Assembly (NCBI GenBank): GCA_963621315.1
Contig: CAVFDV010000003.1
Span: 1 to 37,673 of the forward strand
Source of the DNA: Oscillibacter sp. MSJ-31
GTDB taxonomy: Bacteria > Actinomycetota > Coriobacteriia > Coriobacteriales > QAMH01
Reading direction: 5' to 3'
Length of the DNA: 37,673 nt
In this document: positions 13,639 through 22,724 of the stretch, piece by piece
How positions within the stretch are numbered: position 1 is the first letter of the stretch
Layout of the letters: every line of letters begins with the position of its first letter
Position numbers and translations under genes: made by a program
Notes under the pieces: model-generated
What the model was told of the DNA's origin: nothing
Databases searched by the model: none
What the model saw: the letters and a program-made list of their open reading frames with translations, nothing else

Positions 13639-15450
13639 TCAGCGCGAGGCCGGGCGGATCTTCCCCTTCACCTTCACGATCAGATCGACGATCTCGTTCA
13701 CGCGCAAGAGCCTGCACAGCACGAACACGAGGGCAAGGCCGACCAGTCCCAAGACGACAAGCAGGATAAACGACGAGAGCATGCCCGAGACCCCGAAAAA
13801 GCCGCGCGCCCATGCCCCGAGCGCGAAGGTGATCGCGCCACCTGCCAGCGAGGCCGCCGACACCTTGGCCGTTGAACGCGCCAGGCGCCCGAAATGAAAC
13901 GGCCCCACGCGCCGGCGCAGCACGAGCAGGAGCACCACGATCATCAGCCCGTAGAACACGGTGTCGCCCATGGGCAGGCCGACCAGCCCGAAGTCGAGCC
14001 CCACGTCGAGCACGCCGGTCGCCGCCATGTAGATGCCCACCTGCAAGACGGTCAAGACGAGGTTGCACAGCGCGAGCGTCTTCAGGTCCTTCATCGCCGA
14101 AAACGCGCGGTAGAGGAACATGTAGCCCGCATACAGCGGCAGCGCGACGGCCCACCCGCGCAGCAAGTCGGCCACGGGCGCTATGTCGTCGGCGCCGAAC
14201 TTGCCCGCCGCGTACAGGCCGATCAGCTCGGGGGCGCACGCGAAGAGCAGGGCGGCCATGGGGATGATGAGCAGCCAGGTCGTGCGCAGCCCGAGGTTGA
14301 GGTGCTTTTTGAAGCCGTGGAAATCGCCGCGCGTCGTGCACTCGCTCATCTCGGTGAAAAGCGCGGTGGACAACGCGACGGAGAGCACGCCGTAGGGGAA
14401 CTGGTACCACATCCACGCATAGCTCACCGACGCCGGCCCGGTGTCGGAGACGTGCAGGGCGCAGCTGTTCATGAAGCTCAAGGAGACGAGGTTGATGGCG
14501 GTGCAGGCCATGGCGGGCAAGGCCAGGCGCAAGGTGTCGCGAAAGCCCTCGCCGTTGAAGTCGATGTAGAGCTTGAAGCGAAAGCCCGCCTTCAGCAGCG
14601 CGGGTAGCTGCACGAAGGCCATGACGGCGATGGCCAGCAGCGTGCCTGCGGCCAAGACGACGCGCGCGAGCAGCGGATCGGCGTCGCTGATGAAGGGGTA
14701 GGAGAAAAACGAGAATATGGAGACGACGTTCATGAAGATGGAGCTGACGGCCGGCCAGAAGTAGCGGCGCTCGGCGTTCAACAGCCCGCCGAAGACGGCA
14801 GAGGCCCCGTAGAAGACGATCTGGAACGCGAAGAAGCGGAAGAACCACACGGCCTGCTCGACGGTCTCGTCGGAGGCCGAGGAGAAGAGGCTTTGCGTGA
14901 CCATGACCTGCGGGGCGAAGACCGAGGCGAGCACGGCGATCGCGCCGAGGAGCAGCACGGTGATGTTGATGAGGTTCGAGGCGTAGAGGTTGGCCGCGTC
15001 GCGGTCGTGGCGGTTGCGCTGCTGCAGGTAGATGGGGAGAAACGCCGTGGAGAGCACGCCGCCTGCCACCAGCTCGTAGATCATGTTGGGCAGGTTGTTG
15101 GCCAGGCTGAAGCCGGCGGAGAGGACCGTGTTGCCCAGCGCGAAGGCCATAGCCCAGGTGCGTATGAAGCCCGTGGCGCGCGAGGCCAGCGTCGCCATCG
15201 ACATGGTGGCCGTGGATTTGGCGACCTGCCTGGCGCGTGCGCGGTCGGCCTCTGTCAGCTCGGGGGCGTCGGAGGGGGCGGCATGCCCGGAGGCGGAGAC
15301 TGCGGCGTGCGCGGACTCGGGCGACGCGGCGGACGCGGGTTCGGACGGCACGCCGGATGCGGTCCCGGACGACGCGTCGGGCATGGATCCAGACGGGGCG
15401 GCGCCTGCCGCATCGTGTCTCGTGCTGTCTTTCACCATCTTCTCGCGCAT
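13639..15450 (-). CDS. murJ: Lipid II flippase MurJ/MviN with a low-complexity N-terminal extension
   Basis: Motif SRATGFIRTWAMAFALGNTVLSAGFSLANNLPNMIYELVAGGVLSTAFLP and many TM segments. The start is uncertain: ATG 15450 or 15438. The ORF-track start 15543 would overlap cydB. Confidence 0.88.
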   Translation of the reverse strand: MREKMVKDSTRHDAAGAAPSGSMPDASSGTASGVPSEPASAASPESAHAAVSASGHAAPSDAPELTEADRARARQVAKSTATMSMATLASRATGFIRTWAMAFALGNTVLSAGFSLANNLPNMIYELVAGGVLSTAFLPIYLQQRNRHDRDAANLYASNLINITVLLLGAIAVLASVFAPQVMVTQSLFSSASDETVEQAVWFFRFFAFQIVFYGASAVFGGLLNAERRYFWPAVSSIFMNVVSIFSFFSYPFISDADPLLARVVLAAGTLLAIAVMAFVQLPALLKAGFRFKLYIDFNGEGFRDTLRLALPAMACTAINLVSLSFMNSCALHVSDTGPASVSYAWMWYQFPYGVLSVALSTALFTEMSECTTRGDFHGFKKHLNLGLRTTWLLIIPMAALLFACAPELIGLYAAGKFGADDIAPVADLLRGWAVALPLYAGYMFLYRAFSAMKDLKTLALCNLVLTVLQVGIYMAATGVLDVGLDFGLVGLPMGDTVFYGLMIVVLLLVLRRRVGPFHFGRLARSTAKVSAASLAGGAITFALGAWARGFFGVSGMLSSFILLVVLGLVGLALVFVLCRLLRVNEIVDLIVKVKGKIRPASR

Positions 15451-15478
15451 CCCTTCGGGCAAGGCGGGCCGCGCCCTG

Positions 15479-16489
15479 CTAGCGCCCCACCGCGATGCGC
15501 CCGCTGAACGTGCGGTAGACGAGGACATGGTAGGCGGCGACAAGCGGCACGCCCACGCATGCGACGATGCTCATGACCGTCAACGTGAGGGTGCTGGCCT
15601 GCGCGTTTTCGATGGTGATGGAAGGGCCTGTGCCCGTGGAAACGATGAGGTCGGGAAACATCGTCGCGGCAAAGAGGGCGACGAGGCCGACGCACACGAG
15701 CGCGCCCGACAAAAACGGCAGCAGGTCGCTTCCGCGCCCGCCCGACAGAAAGCCCATGACGATGCCGGCGACGATCGCGACGAGCGCGGCCACCTGGACG
15801 ACGAGCGCCGCCCCCTCGTTCAGCTCGAGGCCGTGCTCGAAAAGGTACAGCGCCGCGACGGCGACGAAGAGCAAGACCGTCGCGATCTGCAAGACGAGGC
15901 GGGCATGGCGGGCGCGCTTCTGCAGGCCGCTGCCGCGTTCGATCTTCAACGAGAGCCACGCCGCGCCCTGCGTGAGCACGGTGGAAAGGCCGAGCAGGCC
16001 GCATGCCAGCGGAAACGGCCCGAGCAGGCCGAGAAAGCCGCCCGTGTAGTCGCCGTTTGCGTCGAGCGGCACGCCCCGCACGCAATTGCCCAGCGCGACG
16101 CCGAACAAGGCGGCGGGCAGGAGGCTGCCCACGAAGAAGAGCACGTCCCACAGCCTGCGCAAGGCGGGGTCGTGCATGCGAAACTCGATGGAGACGGCGC
16201 GCACGACAAGGCCGAAGAGCACGAGCATGATGGCGAGGTAGAAGCCGGAAAACGCCGAGGCGTAGGCGGGGGCGAACGCGGCGAAGAGCGCGCCGCCCGC
16301 CGTGAGCAGCCACACCTCGTTGCCGTCCCACACAGGGCCGATCGAGCGCACGAGCGCGCGCCTTTCCTGCTCCGTCTTCGCCACGAACGGCGAGAGTATG
16401 GCGGCGCCGAGGTCGAAGCCGTCGAGCACGTAGTACACGGCGAGCAGCACCGCGATGAGCGCGAACCAGAGTATGCCCAGCGCCGTCAT
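15479..16489 (-). CDS. cydB: Cytochrome bd oxidase subunit II
   Basis: Motifs YYVLDGFDLGAAIL and GPVWDGNEVWLLTAGGALFAAF. Its ATG overlaps the cydA TGA (ATGA at 16486-16489). Confidence 0.93.
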   Translation of the reverse strand: MTALGILWFALIAVLLAVYYVLDGFDLGAAILSPFVAKTEQERRALVRSIGPVWDGNEVWLLTAGGALFAAFAPAYASAFSGFYLAIMLVLFGLVVRAVSIEFRMHDPALRRLWDVLFFVGSLLPAALFGVALGNCVRGVPLDANGDYTGGFLGLLGPFPLACGLLGLSTVLTQGAAWLSLKIERGSGLQKRARHARLVLQIATVLLFVAVAALYLFEHGLELNEGAALVVQVAALVAIVAGIVMGFLSGGRGSDLLPFLSGALVCVGLVALFAATMFPDLIVSTGTGPSITIENAQASTLTLTVMSIVACVGVPLVAAYHVLVYRTFSGRIAVGR

Positions 16490-18165
16490 GAGCGGCCCCC
16501 TTCCCCGCCGGCTGCGCCTTCCTGCACCATGTGCGCCACCTGCTGCGACATCTGCGGCACCCCCCGGGAGGGCTGCGCCGTCGGCTGAACGGGCTGCGCG
16601 GGCTGCGGCTGCCGGACCTGCGGCGCCGGCTGCGCGGGCTGCGGCTGCGGTTGCTGCATGGGCTGCGCCGGCTGCTGCTGCGCCTGCGCGGGCTGCGGCT
16701 GCGCCTGTTGCGGCACCTGCGCCTGTTGCGCGTAGGGCGCGTAGGGCGCGTACGGCGCCTGCATACCCTGCATGCCCTGCATGCCCCGCGCGTCGAAGCC
16801 GCCCCGCATCTCCTGCGCATCATGCGGCATCCGGACGCCCTGCGGCCCTTCATGCACGAACCTGGTGAACAGGCGCGCGAACGCGACCACGATGACGGCG
16901 TAGACGAGCACGAAGACGGCCAGGGTGACGAGCACCTGGTCGGCGGGCACGGATTTCGAGTAGGCGTCCGCCGTCTTCAACACGCCGTAGACGATCCACG
17001 GCTGGCGCCCGAACTCCGCCGTCATCCAGCCGGCCATGATGGCCGCAAGCGGCGCGACCCAGCCCCAGCGCATCAGCTGCGCCATCCAGCGCGGGCCGCC
17101 GCCCCTGGAAAACGCCAGCACGAGCGAGAAGAGCAGCCCCAGACACACGAGCGCCATCATCGCGAGCATCGTGTGGTAGCTGGCGAAGGTGGCCTGCACC
17201 ATCAGGTTGCCGGGCGTCGAGCCGGGATCTGCCGCCTCCAACTCGTCAAGGCCCGGGTACTCGGCGGAAAAATCGCCCGTGGCCAGAAAGCTCGTGAGGC
17301 CGGGGATGGAAGGACCCACGACCTCCTTGTTCTCGGTGTCCACGTAGCCGAACAAGGTCATGTCCGCCGCGCCCGTCTCGTACTGCCCTTCCATGGCGGC
17401 AAGCTTCGTGGGCTGCTGCTCGGCCACGACGACGGCCTGCCAATGCGAGACGGGCATCATCAGCACGCAGGCGACGAGCGCGACGATGGCGCCGGCGCGC
17501 AGGGCAAACGAGACGAAGCCGGCGTTGCGGCCGTGCACCTTGTGCCAGCACGCGATGGCCACGAGGGTGAACGCACCCATGATCACGAGCGCGAGCAGCG
17601 TGTGCGCGTAGGTGGGCAGCGTCTCGGGATTGAACGCCGCCGCGAGGAAGTCCGTCAGCTGCGCGGTGCCCGTCGCGCCGTCGACCGCATAGCCGCGCGG
17701 CGACTGCATCCAGCTGTTCGCGATGACGATCCACAGGGCCGACAGCGCCGAGCCCGCCCACACGAGCCATGCGCTCGCGACATAGAGCTTCTTTCCCACC
17801 CGGCCGCGCCCGAACACGAGCACGCCGAGGAAGGTGGACTCGAGGAAGAACGCGAGCAGCGCCTCGGCGGCAAGGGGCGCGCCGAAGATGTCGCCCACGA
17901 AGCGCGAGTAGTCGGCCCAGTTCGTGCCGAAGCTGAACTCCATGGTGATGCCCGTGGCCACGCCGCAGGCAAACGAGAGGGAGAAGAGCTTCACGAGGAA
18001 AGCCGCCTGGCGCTCGTGCTCGGCATCCCCCGTGCGCGCGGCGCGTGTCGTGAAGATGGCGACGGCCAGCCCCAGCCCCACGGACAGCGGCACGAATATA
18101 AAGTGCACGAGCACGGTGAAGGTGAACTGCGCGCGCGACAAAAACACCGGGTCGAGAAAATCCAC
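16486..18165 (-). CDS. cydA: Cytochrome bd oxidase subunit I with a Q/P-rich C-terminal tail
   Basis: Motifs [24 protein letters not shown] and [25 protein letters not shown] take GTG 18165 as the start (AAGGAG 6 nt upstream). The ORF-track start is 18219. Confidence 0.92.
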   Translation of the reverse strand: MDFLDPVFLSRAQFTFTVLVHFIFVPLSVGLGLAVAIFTTRAARTGDAEHERQAAFLVKLFSLSFACGVATGITMEFSFGTNWADYSRFVGDIFGAPLAAEALLAFFLESTFLGVLVFGRGRVGKKLYVASAWLVWAGSALSALWIVIANSWMQSPRGYAVDGATGTAQLTDFLAAAFNPETLPTYAHTLLALVIMGAFTLVAIACWHKVHGRNAGFVSFALRAGAIVALVACVLMMPVSHWQAVVVAEQQPTKLAAMEGQYETGAADMTLFGYVDTENKEVVGPSIPGLTSFLATGDFSAEYPGLDELEAADPGSTPGNLMVQATFASYHTMLAMMALVCLGLLFSLVLAFSRGGGPRWMAQLMRWGWVAPLAAIMAGWMTAEFGRQPWIVYGVLKTADAYSKSVPADQVLVTLAVFVLVYAVIVVAFARLFTRFVHEGPQGVRMPHDAQEMRGGFDARGMQGMQGMQAPYAPYAPYAQQAQVPQQAQPQPAQAQQQPAQPMQQPQPQPAQPAPQVRQPQPAQPVQPTAQPSRGVPQMSQQVAHMVQEGAAGGEGGRS

Positions 18166-18248
18166 GGGCGACTCCTTGAAAACGGCTGCACGCACGCGGG
18201 TGCCGGGGCGGGTGCGCAACCGGACGGGACGAATTGGTTTAGCCCGCC

Positions 18249-18254
18249 ATTATA
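18249..18254 (-). promoter_or_regulatory. Candidate -10 (TATAAT) for cydAB
   Basis: The minus strand reads AGCCTTATAATGGCGG about 85 nt upstream of GTG 18165. Confidence 0.4.
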
Positions 18255-18277
18255 AGGCTTGGGGCAGGCGCGTGGGG

Positions 18278-18283
18278 TACAAT
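18278..18283 (+). promoter_or_regulatory. Candidate -10 (TACAAT) for uvrA
   Basis: GTGGGGTACAATCGG about 68 nt upstream of ATG 18351. Back-to-back with the cydA -10. Confidence 0.4.
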
Positions 18284-18350
18284 CGGTGCCCGCGAAAACC
18301 CCGCGAGGCCACGCCGCCGAAAGGCTTGGGTGAAAAGGAGCCGCAGCACA

Positions 18351-21235
18351 TGCCATCGGAGCACATCGTCATCAAGGGCGCGCGCCAGCACAACCTGCGC
18401 GGCGTCGACTTGACCATACCGCGCGACAAGCTCGTCGTCTTCACCGGCCTGTCCGGCTCGGGCAAAAGCTCGCTTGCCTTCGACACGATATACGCCGAAG
18501 GCCAGCGCCGCTACGTGGAGTCCCTCAGCTCGTACGCGCGCCAGTTCCTCGGCCAGATGGACAAGCCCGACGTCGACTCGATCGACGGCCTCTCGCCTGC
18601 CGTGTCCATCGACCAGAAGACGACAAGCAAGAACCCGCGCTCGACCGTGGGCACCGTCACCGAGATATACGACTACCTGCGCCTGCTCTACGCGCGCGTG
18701 GGCACGCCGCATTGCCCCGTGTGCGGGCGCACGATCGAAAAGCAGACGACCGACCAGGTGGCCGACAAGGTCCTCGCGCACGCGATGGGCGAGCGCATCA
18801 TGGTGCTGGCCCCCATCGTGCGCGGGCGCAAGGGCGAGTTCGTCAAGCTCTTCGAAGACCTCGCCCGCGAGGGCTTCACCCGCGTGCGCATCGACGGCGA
18901 GGTGCACCGCCTGGACGAGGGCGACCTGAAGCAGAACAAGAAGAAGAAGCACGACATCGAGGTGGTCGTGGACCGCATCGTGGTGAAGGAAAGCTCCACG
19001 GCGCGCCTGGCAGAGGCCATCGAGACGGCCACGACCCTGTCGAAGGGCAACGTCGTGGTGAAGGTCCTGGAGGGCAAAGGCGACGAGGGCGCGGCGGGCG
19101 GCGAGCACTCGAGCGGCGCTTTGGCCGCAGCCGGCGTCGAAGGCGAGTACGCGTTCTCGCTGGCGCTTGCCTGCCCGGTCCACGACTACTCCATCGACGA
19201 GCCCGCCCCGCGCGACTTCTCCTTCAACGCCCCCTACGGCGCCTGCCCGGACTGCCTGGGGCTGGGCGCGCGCAAGGAGGTGGACCCGCAGCTGATCGTG
19301 CCCGACCCGACGCTGTCGCTGGCGGAGGGCGCGGTGGCCAGCTTCAGCCCGTCGAGCAACTACTACCCGCAGGTCTTCTCCGCCGTCTGCCGCCATCTCG
19401 GGGGCAGCGTGGACACGCCCTGGGAGGACCTGCCGAAGAAGGTGCGCGACGGCCTGCTCTACGGGCTGGGCGACGAGCAGGTGCGCGTGGACTACGTCAC
19501 GCGCGACGGGCGCAACACCTATTGGTATATTCGCTGGGAGGGCATATGCCGCGCCGTCATGGACAAGGCGCGCGAGTCCACGAGCGAGCGCACGCGCGAG
19601 CGCCTGGAGGGCTACATGTCCGTCACGCCCTGCCACACCTGCCACGGCAGCCGCCTGAAGCCGGACGTGCTGGCCATCACGGTGGGCGGCAAGAACATCT
19701 ACGAGGCCACGCAGCTGCCCGCCGTGCGCGCGCTCGAGTTCTTCACCGGCCTCGACCTCGACGAGCGCCAAAAGCTCGTGGGCGCGCCCATCGTGAAGGA
19801 GATCGTCGCCCGGCTCGAGTTCATGGTAAACGTCGGGTTGGACTACCTGACGCTGGACCGTCCCACGGCCACGCTCTCCGGCGGCGAGGCCCAGCGCATA
19901 CGCCTTGCCACGCAGATAGGCGCCGGGCTGATGGGCGTGCTCTACATACTCGACGAGCCCTCGATCGGCTTGCACCAGCGCGACAACGAGCGCCTGATCG
20001 AGACCTTGCGCCACCTGCGCGATCTGGGCAACACCGTCATCGTAGTCGAGCACGACGAGGACACCATACGCAGCGCCGATTTCGTGGCCGACATAGGGCC
20101 GGGCGCGGGGGTGAACGGGGGGCGCGTCGTCGCGACCGGCACGCCCGACGACATCGCGGCGTGCGCAGAATCCATCACAGGGCAATATCTCGCGGGGACG
20201 CGGCGGGTGCCCGTGCCCGAGGCGCGGCGGCGGCCGAGGCGCGGCAAGATAAAGATAAAGGGCGCGCGTGAGAACAACCTGCGCGACGTCGACGCCGAGA
20301 TAGAGATCGGCACCCTGACGGTGGTCACGGGCGTGTCCGGCTCGGGCAAAAGCTCGCTTGTCACGGCGACGCTCGCCCCCGCCATGGCAAACCGCATCAT
20401 GCACGCCAAGCAGCGCGTCGGGGCCTTCGCCAAGATCTCGGGGCTTGAAGCCATCGACAAGGTCATCAATATCGACCAGTCCCCCATCGGGCGCACGCCG
20501 CGCTCGAACCCCGCCACCTACACAGGCGTGTGGGACGACATACGCCGGCTTTTCGCGAGCCTGCCGGGCAGCCGGGCTTTGGGTTTCGGGCCGGGGCGCT
20601 TCTCCTTCAACGTGACGGGCGGGCGCTGCGAGGCCTGCAAGGGCGATGGGCAGATAAAGATCGAGATGCACTTCCTGCCCGACATCTACGTGCCCTGCGA
20701 GGTGTGCCACGGCGCGCGCTACAACCGCGAGACACTCGAGGTGAAGTACCGCGGCAAGTCCATCGCCGACGTGCTGGACATGACGGTGGCCGAGGGCGCG
20801 GCGTTTTTCGAGAACCTGCCGGGCGTGCACCGCAAGCTCCAGACCCTCGTGGACGTGGGGCTGGGCTACATCAAGCTCGGGCAGCCGGCCACGACGCTGT
20901 CGGGCGGCGAGGCGCAGCGGGTGAAGCTGGCAAGCGAGCTGCAGAAGCGCCAGACGGGCAAGACCTTCTACATACTCGACGAGCCCACGACCGGCCTGCA
21001 CTTCGAGGACGTGCGCCAGCTGCTCGCCGTGTTGCAGCGCCTCGTGGACGCGGGCAACACCGTGCTGGTGATCGAGCACAACCTCGACGTGATCAAGGCG
21101 GCAGACCGCATCATCGACCTGGGGCCGGAAGGCGGCGACAAGGGCGGGACGATCGTGGCCTGCGGCACGCCGGAGGAGGTGGCGGCCACGCCCGGCAGCC
21201 ACACGGGGCGCTTTTTGGCCAAGCTGCTGGGGTAG
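18351..21235 (+). CDS. uvrA: Excinuclease ABC subunit A
   Basis: Starts [45 protein letters not shown]. Has two ABC modules and zinc-finger Cys pairs. AAGGAG precedes ATG 18351. Confidence 0.97.
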
Positions 21236-21415
21236 CGCGGGCTTTCCGGAGAAACGGCGCGGGTGCGGGTGCGCGACGCGGGTGCGCAGCGGCGGATTCG
21301 CGCGGGCTTCGGGAGCGGGTTCCAAAGAGGGTCTCGAACCGTTTTCGGCGCCGGGTTTTTCAGACCTGCGGAAGGCGGATGATGCGGCGACGGCGGGATG
21401 CAGCGCGAGTTGGGG

Positions 21416-21421
21416 TAGAAT
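21416..21421 (+). promoter_or_regulatory. Candidate -10 (TAGAAT) for tRNA-Arg
   Basis: TTGGGGTAGAATGGGCG about 98 nt upstream of the tRNA. The 12-mer GTAGAATGGGCG is also found at the ppk1 candidate promoter. Confidence 0.35.
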
Positions 21422-21518
21422 GGGCGCGCGCATAGGCATGTCCGCAGCACGCGGGCAGGTCGGCGCGGCCGCGTTTTGGCGGCATGGCGCGCGCAGCGGC
21501 GCGTGGCAGAAACGGCGT

Positions 21519-21595
21519 GTCCCCTTAGCTCAGCTGGATAGAGCGTCTGCCTCCGGAGCAGAAGGCCGCAGGTTCGAATCCTGTAGGGGGCACCA
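21519..21595 (+). tRNA. tRNA-Arg (anticodon CCG), CCA encoded
   Basis: Folded by hand. Acceptor GTCCCCT/AGGGGGC, D stem GCTC/GAGC, anticodon stem TCTGC/GCAGA with loop CT-CCG-GA, T arm GCAGG-TTCGAAT-CCTGT, discriminator A, then CCA. Confidence 0.92.
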
Positions 21596-21679
21596 CATTT
21601 TTGCAGGTCAGACAGTATAAACTCAAATCAAGACAATCCAAGAGAGTTGAATTCGTTACACAACTTAATGTGGCCCGCT

Positions 21680-21834
21680 TGAACCGGACACGGTTTTGAC
21701 AACCGGAAGTGAACCCGCACAATGTGCCCGGAGAGGCGCGGAAAGCGAGGCCCGACATGCCCAAAGGAAAGCCGTACCCGCCCGAGTTCAAGGCGAAGAC
21801 AATCCTGGGATGGAGGGCAAGTTCTAGACGCTGA
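21680..21834 (+). mobile_element. Truncated IS3-family remnant (putative left end plus the first 25 codons of orfA)
   Basis: The ORF MPKGKPYPPEFKAKTILGWRASSRR (21757-21834) resembles the IS3-family OrfA N-terminus (MPK.YP.EF+..AV). A TGAACC.. sequence 77 nt upstream fits the usual TG-initiated IS3 end. The region looks AT-richer by eye. Confidence 0.4.
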
Positions 21835-21859
21835 CACCAACGTTCGCGACACTACCGCT

Positions 21860-22273
21860 CTAGCGCTCCTCCCACCAACGCACGAAATCGCCAGGTCTCA
21901 GGATGGAGACCCCGAGAAACGGGAAATCCTTCAGGTTGTTCGTGACGAGCACGCCGTTTGCGTAGACTGCGGCCTCCAGGAAGGGCTTGTCGTCTATGTC
22001 GGGGTACACGAGGGCGGGGATGTATTTGGGGACAAGCTCTTCGCCGACTTCCTCGACCAGCCTCAGGAGGTCGCGGGCGGGTCGGGCCAATCCGCGCCCC
22101 GTGACGACAGGCCGCGACAGCACGTCTCTGTACTCCACCATCATCTGGGAGCTATAGCATATCGTGAACGCGCCGGGGTTTCCCAAGACGAGGCGCATGC
22201 AGCGCCGGTTTGCGCCGCGGGGGTTCAGCAGCGACGCGAGCAGGACGTTTGTGTCGAAGACGACGTCGACCAT
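21860..22273 (-). CDS. vapC: PIN-domain toxin (VapC-like)
   Basis: Starts VVFDTNVLLASLL (first acidic residue). Later motifs are ..DDKPFLEAAVYANGVLVTNNLKDF. 137 aa, 4 nt downstream of the antitoxin gene. Confidence 0.85.
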   Translation of the reverse strand: MVDVVFDTNVLLASLLNPRGANRRCMRLVLGNPGAFTICYSSQMMVEYRDVLSRPVVTGRGLARPARDLLRLVEEVGEELVPKYIPALVYPDIDDKPFLEAAVYANGVLVTNNLKDFPFLGVSILRPGDFVRWWEER

Positions 22274-22277
22274 GCGC

Positions 22278-22571
22278 TCACGACATCTGAGCCATGGCCG
22301 ATGCGCGTTCGCGTTTCACCTGCTCGCAAAAGGCGACGATTTCCTCGATGCCAGGCTCTGGAAGGCCGGCGGCCTGCGTCCGCCTATCTGCTTCGGCAAA
22401 AATCGCGTCCGCCCGCTCGAGCGGAGTCTGCTCTTGGGAAAGCTCTTGCTGCACGAGGGAGCGCAGCTTCTTCGAAACGCTCGTGCCCTGTTGGCGGCAG
22501 CGTTGCTCGAGCGCGTTTTTCACCGATGGCGCCACGCGCACCTGTATGACTTCTGTTGCCGGCATCTCCAT
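22278..22571 (-). CDS. Antitoxin, ribbon-helix-helix-like (VapB-type partner)
   Basis: 97 aa. The N-terminal IQVRVAPSVKNALEQ fits an RHH beta-strand/helix. AGGAG lies 8 nt before ATG 22571. It is the upstream partner of the PIN toxin. Confidence 0.7.
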   Translation of the reverse strand: MEMPATEVIQVRVAPSVKNALEQRCRQQGTSVSKKLRSLVQQELSQEQTPLERADAIFAEADRRTQAAGLPEPGIEEIVAFCEQVKRERASAMAQMS

Positions 22572-22606
22572 GCTCCAAACTCCTGCGGGCGTGCTTGCCT
22601 TGAAAG

Positions 22607-22628
22607 TGTACTACAAAATCGTAGTACA
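22607..22628. promoter_or_regulatory. Perfect 8-bp inverted repeat TGTACTAC-N6-GTAGTACA upstream of the antitoxin gene (candidate operator)
   Basis: Read directly. Lies 36-57 nt upstream of ATG 22571 and overlaps a TACACT -10-like hexamer on the minus strand. Confidence 0.55.
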
Positions 22629-22700
22629 TGGCGCATGACGCCCTCTTTCTGTGCTCCGCCGCGAAAGGCGCGCGAGACGCTCCGGCCCCATCGACGCCTT

Positions 22701-22723
22701 CACAAAGGCGAGTCCGCCTCGCC
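22701..22723 (-). terminator. Possible intrinsic terminator after ppk1
   Basis: GGCGAG-GCGGA-CTCGCC on the minus strand (6-bp stem, 5-nt loop), followed by TTTGTG. Starts 2 nt after the stop codon. Confidence 0.4.
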
Positions 22724-22724
22724 C

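Noticed and set aside
18166-18350. An SOS (LexA/Cheo-type) box upstream of uvrA
   Set aside because: I could not find a CGAAC..GTTCG or TCGAAC-N4-GTTCGA-like palindrome by eye. Its absence is noted, not proven.
18239-21439. 1066-aa ORF antisense to uvrA
   Set aside because: A run-on frame of the kind expected in high-GC DNA. It is Arg/Ala/Gly/Pro-dominated with no recognisable motif, and it lies fully opposite a gene with unmistakable UvrA motifs.
21802-21822. AATCCTGGGATGGAGGGCA as a direct repeat of the tRNA 3' end (AATCCTGTAGGGGGCA), marking an att site
   Set aside because: Only about 7+5 matching bases. It lies inside the IS3-like ORF stub and is too weak to call by eye.
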